Source: an uncultured Pelagibacteraceae bacterium (GTDB lineage: Bacteria; Pseudomonadota; Alphaproteobacteria; Pelagibacterales; Pelagibacteraceae). Taken from it: a stretch of 64,000 bases of DNA. Both the position numbers and the translations under genes were made by a program. Shown piece after piece: positions 58,283 through 64,000 of the stretch (position 1 is the stretch's first letter; every line of letters begins with the position of its first letter). Location: NCBI GenBank assembly GCA_902555655.1, contig CACDSX010000002.1, positions 21,849-85,848 on the forward strand, written 5' to 3'. A model generated the notes under the pieces. The model did not search any database, was not told where the DNA came from, and saw only the letters and a list, made by a program, of their open reading frames with translations.

Positions 58283-59302
58283 TTATGAAATAGTCAAAAG
58301 ATTAAGAACTTTTCTAATGAATTTAGCTTTATTTTTGAAAATTAATTTTTGATATGGCAGAACTCTTTGAACATTGAAACCTGTTAAAATATATTGTTTT
58401 TTTTCATTTAATCTTATGAAATCATTTTTTATTAAAAACTTACATTTTCTAATTACTGTTGCTCGAGGAATTCCAGTCATATCAGAAACAGACATTGCAC
58501 TAACACCGTTACTTCTAGCTTTATCACCTCTTATTATCTCTTCGTTAAATGTATTATAATCACCTGTAAATAATTCTTTCTGAAAATCCATATAGTTATG
58601 TGTTTGATTGGAGCCGTTCCTTTTATTTAAGGCTGTTTTATAATTAAAAGCTTGGTTCATACAAACCGTTCCCCAAACATGAAAAGTTGTTAAGTCCTCA
58701 AACATTTCATGGTATCCTATAACCATTGGAATTTGCATCCTATAAAACCATCTCCAACAAATAGAAAAATTTTTCTTTAACACATTTTCAATCATTTTTG
58801 TTTCAAGTTTCTTTGGGTAAAGTTTTTCATTAGCAAGGATTTCTGAAATTTTCAAAATATAGCCAGCTGTATATTTCATTTGGTTTTCAGGTTTAATAAA
58901 ACTAAACGATCTTCGATCAATTATAATTTGTTTTTTTTGTCTTTTAAGAACTCCTAATTTTTCAAGTTCTAAAACTTTTCTTCTAACGGTCTCTTTGGGT
59001 AATTGAAGTTTTTCACAAAGCTCTGTGATACTAAATTTATCTATTTGGAGAAAATTTTTTGAATAATATTGTTCATAGGTTAACTTTATATTCATTTGAT
59101 CATAAAACTGTAAAGTTTTTTCAACAAGTGAAATGATAATCATATATTTATAGTGATCATTGAAAGCTTGATAAACTGCATTCATCCATATCCATTGGTG
59201 ATTGATCCAATCTTTTCCTAATTGATCATAGTTAGCCATCATATGATCATAAACTTGCTCATCGTTTAGAACTTTTGAGAAATCTATTTGCTGTAAACTC
59301 AT
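58283..59302 (-). CDS. Tandem winged-HTH putative DNA-binding protein
   Basis: Two HTH segments SITELCEKLQLPKETVRRKVLEL and SAMSVSDMTGIPRATVIRKCKFL; ATG 59302 preferred over 59362. Confidence 0.75.
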   Translation of the reverse strand: MSLQQIDFSKVLNDEQVYDHMMANYDQLGKDWINHQWIWMNAVYQAFNDHYKYMIIISLVEKTLQFYDQMNIKLTYEQYYSKNFLQIDKFSITELCEKLQLPKETVRRKVLELEKLGVLKRQKKQIIIDRRSFSFIKPENQMKYTAGYILKISEILANEKLYPKKLETKMIENVLKKNFSICWRWFYRMQIPMVIGYHEMFEDLTTFHVWGTVCMNQAFNYKTALNKRNGSNQTHNYMDFQKELFTGDYNTFNEEIIRGDKARSNGVSAMSVSDMTGIPRATVIRKCKFLIKNDFIRLNEKKQYILTGFNVQRVLPYQKLIFKNKAKFIRKVLNLLTIS

Positions 59303-59414
59303 AATTGTAAAAATAAGATTTGAAACCCAGAATGGACATATGTCAATCAAATTGTGACCCACTTTGAACTTCTGTGAAATTGATAGTCAAATATTCTTAT
59401 GATTTAATTAAAAT

Positions 59415-59645
59415 ATGAATTTTAAAGGCTTAGCAGAGAACAATACTAATATCGAGACCCCAAATGATATCAGCGTTGCTGAAAAGCCTTTAAAACCAGA
59501 ATCTTCTCGACCAAATAGAGTAGATATAAATGTTCTTAAGTCAAAACTTCAAGAGACTGAAAGTAAGGAATTTAAAAAGAATGTTTATATACTGTCTACT
59601 TTAATTCTAGGATTAGGTATTTTAGGGATTTACCTTTCTTTGTGA
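59415..59645 (+). CDS. Small C-terminally anchored protein (DINVL motif)
   Basis: 76 aa; VDINVLKSKL, then a C-terminal TM. Confidence 0.7.
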   Translation: MNFKGLAENNTNIETPNDISVAEKPLKPESSRPNRVDINVLKSKLQETESKEFKKNVYILSTLILGLGILGIYLSL

Positions 59646-59893
59646 TGAAATTTGCAATTACAAAAAATCCATGGTTTAATGAATTCGTGAAAAATACAGG
59701 CCTCGATATAAAAGGTAAACTAATTGCTAAATATCTTAAAAAAGATACACCAAAAAATTCAGTTAAAAGTACAGATATAAACGTTTTATTAAACAGAGTA
59801 AAAATCAATCAACAAAAAGAGTCTAGAAAAAAACTATTTTTTTCTGCAGCGGCTTCAACTGGATTAGTTATTTTTGGATTTTTGTTATTTTAA
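59645..59893 (+). CDS. Small C-terminally anchored protein (DINVL motif), paralog
   Basis: TGATG coupling to the previous gene; TDINVLLNRV, then a C-terminal TM. Confidence 0.7.
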   Translation: MKFAITKNPWFNEFVKNTGLDIKGKLIAKYLKKDTPKNSVKSTDINVLLNRVKINQQKESRKKLFFSAAASTGLVIFGFLLF

Positions 59894-59894
59894 A

Positions 59895-61421
59895 TTAGAG
59901 TCGCTTATTATTTTTAATAAAAATTTTTTCCTTAATTTGTCTTAAAAAAATCAAAAAACACAGATAGTCAAAAGGAAACCTGTGTCTTGCAATTTCACCA
60001 TCCTCAAAAATTACTAAGGCTACAAATATAAATACAAAAGTAAGCAGCCAAAAAATAATCATACTTTGATCACCATTACTTTTATTTAAAAATAAAATTT
60101 TAAAAAGATATATTAAAAGAGACAAATACATCAAAACTAATAGGAAATTAGTGTACTGTATAGAGTATATAATTTTTTCAGCGTAATTAAGAGGACCTGT
60201 ATCCATGGTCTCAAATGGCTCACCATTAGTATAACCAGTTTTCCAATTAAACCCATAATCATAAATGCATACAGGTGTTAATTTTATACAATCAGCTAAT
60301 TTGATCATAATTTTCATTTTGTCAGCGTTATGCTTTGTAAAATTAAAATAATCACTCGATGTAAATAAATGTCTAGTTGTAGAATTTAAGATATTTAACA
60401 AGATTAATATCGGATACTCTCTTATAATTAAGTAAAAGTCTTTTTTTCTGTGCTTATCAACTTCAAAGAATACTTCATTAAATGATGTATTAGTATTTAA
60501 TAATTTAATATTTCTTTTATAATTATAATTCAAAATTTCTTTATATGAGTGAGGACTTGTATTGATGGGAACATCATAAAGTAGAGATGCTTTCTTTTTA
60601 AAATTAAGATAATCATCATATGATCCAAAAGTAAAATTTCGAATTTTTTCGTGTCTTGTGGGATCATCCATTTCTTTAACATAATCAATTTTTTGATTCA
60701 AATGCTCATAGATTGATGTTGTATTAATTGCGAATTTATCAAAAAGAATTAAATTTTTTAAATAGAATGGAATAGTAAAAAACGAAAATATTAAAAAAAG
60801 TAAAATAGATTTTTTCAAAATTAATTTTCTTTGGATAATAAAAATTAAAATATATGCCCAAAAAATATGAAAGGTTTCTCTTGTTAAACAAAGAAATGAA
60901 AGACCCAAAGATAAATAAATAACATATCTAATTGATTGAGAATTCTTATAGATATTTATAGAGGAGTAGAACACCCACAAAAGAAAAAAAAAAGTCAAAT
61001 ACTCTTTATAGAAATGATTTTCATATAATATAGTAGTTGGCAATAACATTAGAGCAACTGAAATAAGAAGTGAATTTTTTTCAGAAAAATTAAAATTTTT
61101 ACTAATTAAATAAATTAAAACGAAGGAACAAAATCCAATAATCAAATATAATATTTGTAGAATTAAAAAATATTTGTCAGTTATTTTCATTAACAATCCA
61201 AGCAAAATATTTAATAAAGGTGCCTGCCAATGATTATATAAAATTGATTCTATAAAATTATTTTTTAATAATTCTTTCGGAATAAATTGCCAGTAAACAT
61301 CAACGGTCCATGTATCAAACTTTATATCAAAAAATTCGTAATAGAAAATTCTTGAAAAAATAAAAGCAATTAACAAATAGAATATTTTATTTTTAAAAAT
61401 ATAATCATTTAAAAAATGCAT
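59895..61421 (-). CDS. Polytopic membrane protein, possibly a GT-C-type glycosyltransferase
   Basis: Many TM segments, HWQAPL early loop, large soluble loop, C-terminal EIARHRFP; downstream of a GT2. Confidence 0.55.
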   Translation of the reverse strand: MHFLNDYIFKNKIFYLLIAFIFSRIFYYEFFDIKFDTWTVDVYWQFIPKELLKNNFIESILYNHWQAPLLNILLGLLMKITDKYFLILQILYLIIGFCSFVLIYLISKNFNFSEKNSLLISVALMLLPTTILYENHFYKEYLTFFFLLWVFYSSINIYKNSQSIRYVIYLSLGLSFLCLTRETFHIFWAYILIFIIQRKLILKKSILLFLIFSFFTIPFYLKNLILFDKFAINTTSIYEHLNQKIDYVKEMDDPTRHEKIRNFTFGSYDDYLNFKKKASLLYDVPINTSPHSYKEILNYNYKRNIKLLNTNTSFNEVFFEVDKHRKKDFYLIIREYPILILLNILNSTTRHLFTSSDYFNFTKHNADKMKIMIKLADCIKLTPVCIYDYGFNWKTGYTNGEPFETMDTGPLNYAEKIIYSIQYTNFLLVLMYLSLLIYLFKILFLNKSNGDQSMIIFWLLTFVFIFVALVIFEDGEIARHRFPFDYLCFLIFLRQIKEKIFIKNNKRL

Positions 61422-61455
61422 TTTAAGATCCAGTCTTTATTAATTACTATAATAA

Positions 61456-62181
61456 TCAATATTTATAAAATTTTATTTGAACTAGACTAAAGAAAATTTT
61501 TACAAAATCTTTAAGAAACCTTATTTTTCCCTCTGGTTTATGCCTCCAATCAACAGGGAGTTCCTTAATGTTAATCATCATTTTTCTTGCAATTAAATAA
61601 ACTTCTAAATCATGCATATAACCATTGGTTTTAATTTTACTAAAAATTTTTCTTCCAACAATAAAATTATATAATTTAAATCCACACTGTGTATCCGAAA
61701 TTTTCACACCAAAAAATATGCTTGTGAATAATCGAAATAATGCACCTATAAGCTCTCGAATTTTTATTTTTTTAACTCTTGAAAGTGGGTGATTTCTTGA
61801 CCCAAAGTAAATTTTATTTTTTTTAGATATATAGCCTTTTTTTAACCATTCAATTAATTGAAAATTTGAAACTGAACAATCAGCATCTGAAGTTAGAATC
61901 CACTTTCTAGATGATTTTTTTACACCAGTTTTTAGCGCATAACCTTTGCCTCTGTTTTTCTTATAGCTGATGATTCTGTAACTTATTTTTTTATTGAGAT
62001 TTTTTTTAATAAAATTTTCTAAAATTAATTTTGATTTATCAACACTACCATCATCAACAAAAATATATTCTTTACTAATATATCTAGTTTTTTTATTAAA
62101 TTTTTTAATATCAAAAAAAATATTTGATAGTCTTTTTTCTTCATTAAAGATCGGATAAACAATTGATAAACTTTTGATCAT
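61456..62181 (-). CDS. GT2 glycosyltransferase (polyprenyl-phosphate glycosyltransferase-like)
   Basis: PIFNEE, VDDGSVD, NRGKGYA, DAD, GSR, DTQCGFK. Confidence 0.88.
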   Translation of the reverse strand: MIKSLSIVYPIFNEEKRLSNIFFDIKKFNKKTRYISKEYIFVDDGSVDKSKLILENFIKKNLNKKISYRIISYKKNRGKGYALKTGVKKSSRKWILTSDADCSVSNFQLIEWLKKGYISKKNKIYFGSRNHPLSRVKKIKIRELIGALFRLFTSIFFGVKISDTQCGFKLYNFIVGRKIFSKIKTNGYMHDLEVYLIARKMMINIKELPVDWRHKPEGKIRFLKDFVKIFFSLVQIKFYKY

Positions 62182-62233
62182 ATATTTAAATATCTAATCT
62201 ATATTGTATATACAAAGGTTTTTTTATAAAAAA

Positions 62234-62262
62234 TTGATTGTTTCAAAATATTTTTCTATTAT
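62234..62262 (+). promoter_or_regulatory. Putative sigma70 promoter of tRNA-Met
   Basis: TTGATT-17 bp-TATTAT, ending about 20 bp upstream of the tRNA. Confidence 0.45.
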
Positions 62263-62281
62263 AAATCAACATCTGCATTAT

Positions 62282-62358
62282 GGCGGGGTAGCTCAGTTGG
62301 TTAGAGCGCGGGACTCATAAGCCCGAGGTCAGTGGTTCGATCCCACTTCCCGCTACCA
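62282..62358 (+). tRNA. tRNA-Met (CAT), elongator type
   Basis: GGCGGGG/TCCCGCT acceptor stem, AGCTCAGTTGGTTAGAGC D-arm, CTCATAA anticodon loop, GGTTCGATCCC T-arm, encoded CCA; paired 1-72 argues against initiator (Ile2 not fully excluded). Confidence 0.92.
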
Positions 62359-62359
62359 A

Positions 62360-62887
62360 TTAGTGTCCAGGGAACTCAATTAAACTTTTTACTTTATAAT
62401 TATTTTTAATTAATTTTTCACAACCACCAAGATCAAACAAGTTTATAACAAAAATAAAAGCTGCCACATTACTCTTTGATATTTCAATAAGTTTTGCTGC
62501 TGCTTCCGCAGTACCACCAGTAGCTATTAAATCATCTATTACTAAAATTTTTTCACCCTCATTAAATGAATCCTTGTGGACCTCAATAGTTGCTGTTCCA
62601 TATTCTAATTCAAAGTCTACTGAGTGAACATCTGCTGGTAATTTATTTTTTTTTCTGAGCATTATAAAAGGTTTTTTTAAAATATAAGAAACTGCTGAGG
62701 CAAACACAAAACCTCTTGATTCAATTGCAGCTATTTTATCAAAGTCAAATTCTTTCGAATTATCTACAATTAGATTAATGGTTTCTGCAAACGCTTTTTC
62801 ATCTTTTATCAAGGTTGTAATATCTCTAAATAAAATCCCTTTTTTTGGATAATCTGAAATAGATCTAATATAATCTTTTAAATTCAT
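62360..62887 (-). CDS. apt: Adenine phosphoribosyltransferase
   Basis: FRDIT, ESRGF, LEYG, VIDDLIATGGT. Confidence 0.96.
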   Translation of the reverse strand: MNLKDYIRSISDYPKKGILFRDITTLIKDEKAFAETINLIVDNSKEFDFDKIAAIESRGFVFASAVSYILKKPFIMLRKKNKLPADVHSVDFELEYGTATIEVHKDSFNEGEKILVIDDLIATGGTAEAAAKLIEISKSNVAAFIFVINLFDLGGCEKLIKNNYKVKSLIEFPGH

Positions 62888-62928
62888 AATTCTTAATTAT
62901 AAAAGTATAAATAAATTATTTTATAAAC

Positions 62929-63801
62929 ATGACAATAAATAAATTAGCAATTATAGGTGGTAGTGGTCTTTATGATGTAGAGGAGTTCAAAAATAGAGAA
63001 TTATTAGACTTAAATACACCCTGGGGAAAACCCTCTGATCAAATTTTAAAAACAGATTATAATAAAAAAGAGATTTATTTTTTACCGAGACATGGAAAGG
63101 GTCATTTCATTTCTCCATCAAAAATAAATTTTAGAGCAAATATTGATGCTCTTAAACAGCTGGGTGTAACAGATATTGTATCAGTTTCGGCCGTTGGTTC
63201 TTTAAAAGAGGATTTGCAACCAGGAAAATTTGTAATTGTTGATCAGTTTATAGACCGCACATTTGCAAGAGAAAAAACATTTTTTGATGACGAGATTGTA
63301 ACTCATGTTTCTATGGCACATCCCACATCTAATGGCTTAATGAATGCTTGTGAGGAAGCAATTAAAAAAGAAAAAATTGAATATCAAAGAGGTGGAACAT
63401 ATGTTGTTATGGAAGGTCCTCAGTTTTCTACATTAGCAGAGTCAAAATTATATAGATCATGGAAAGCTGATGTAATCGGAATGACAAATATGCCTGAAGC
63501 TAAATTAGCTAGAGAAGCAGAAATTAGATATGCATCTGTATCAATGGTTACAGATTATGATTGTTGGCATCCTGATCATGAAAATGTTGATGTTCAACAA
63601 GTAATAAAAGTCTTATTAGGTAATGCTGCTAAAGCAAAAAATATGATTAAAAATTTAATAAAAAATTTTGAAAATCATATTGATCCTAACGACCCAACAA
63701 ATAATTGTTTAGATGTAGCTATCATAACTGCTCCAGATAAAAGAACAAAAAAAACTAAAGATAAATTAAATACAATAGCTGGAAGGGTCTTAAATAAATG
63801 A
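62929..63801 (+). CDS. mtnP: S-methyl-5'-thioadenosine phosphorylase
   Basis: IIGGSGLY, TPWGKPS, RHG, EGPQFST, GMTNMPEAKLARE, TDYDCW. Confidence 0.93.
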   Translation: MTINKLAIIGGSGLYDVEEFKNRELLDLNTPWGKPSDQILKTDYNKKEIYFLPRHGKGHFISPSKINFRANIDALKQLGVTDIVSVSAVGSLKEDLQPGKFVIVDQFIDRTFAREKTFFDDEIVTHVSMAHPTSNGLMNACEEAIKKEKIEYQRGGTYVVMEGPQFSTLAESKLYRSWKADVIGMTNMPEAKLAREAEIRYASVSMVTDYDCWHPDHENVDVQQVIKVLLGNAAKAKNMIKNLIKNFENHIDPNDPTNNCLDVAIITAPDKRTKKTKDKLNTIAGRVLNK

Positions 63802-64000
63802 AAATTGAGGGAAAAGAACATCGTACTATTTGGTTTGAGAATAATGTTGTCAAAATTATTGATCAAACAAAACTGCCACATCAATTTATTATAAAAGATT
63901 TAAAAACTGTTAAAGACTCAATGAATGCAATTAAAATAATGGAAGTAAGAGGTGCACCTTTAATAGGAGCAACAGCAGCTTATGGATTGGTTTTGGCTAT
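63798..64000 (+). CDS. mtnA: Methylthioribose-1-phosphate isomerase, 5' part (truncated by window end)
   Basis: ATGA overlap with mtnP; MKIEGKEHRTIW...IDQTKLP...MEVRGAPLIG. Confidence 0.9.
   Translation, partial: MKIEGKEHRTIWFENNVVKIIDQTKLPHQFIIKDLKTVKDSMNAIKIMEVRGAPLIGATAAYGLVLA

Noticed and set aside
58283-62358. tRNA-integrated prophage or genomic island
   Set aside because: No integrase, no visible duplicated tRNA 3' end, and the accessory genes lie on the 5' side of the tRNA
374-63884. Many short antisense or alternate-frame ORFs in the track (e.g. 6865-7287, 10493-10822, 35458-35871, 41660-42013, 18913-19176)
   Set aside because: They lie within well-supported genes, have no motifs and show the composition typical of shadow ORFs

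Overview
An AT-rich (visually about 30% GC), gene-dense chromosomal segment with very short intergenic spacers. Gene content and composition point to a streamlined marine alphaproteobacterium, most likely Pelagibacterales/SAR11 (inference). About 55 CDS and one tRNA-Met are present; no integrase, transposase, CRISPR array or rRNA is visible. The window is dominated by modules for scavenging small organic N and S compounds: (i) a ureohydrolase plus aldehyde dehydrogenase and an allantoin module (NCS1 permease, puuE-alc-allA); (ii) a methylated-amine region (tmoX/W/V-like ABC transporter, TMAO demethylase tdm, MarR-like regulator, FAD oxidoreductase, a second GS-like ligase, mgsABC, a divergent Amt, gmaS); (iii) an organosulfonate region (hpsN-like, pta, Ldh_2, epoxide hydrolase, aldehyde dehydrogenase, a compositionally foreign TRAP system, tauABC, omega-aminotransferase, ald); (iv) a small accessory islet (double-HTH protein, two paralogous tail-anchored peptides, GT2 plus polytopic membrane protein) next to tRNA-Met and apt/mtnP/mtnA. 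acnA is split by a frameshift in a G9 run. Best candidates for undescribed biology: a possible glutamylation-based dimethylamine route downstream of Tdm, and an epoxide-hydrolase-containing sulfonate/diol operon. All calls come from motif recognition and gene context, not database searches.
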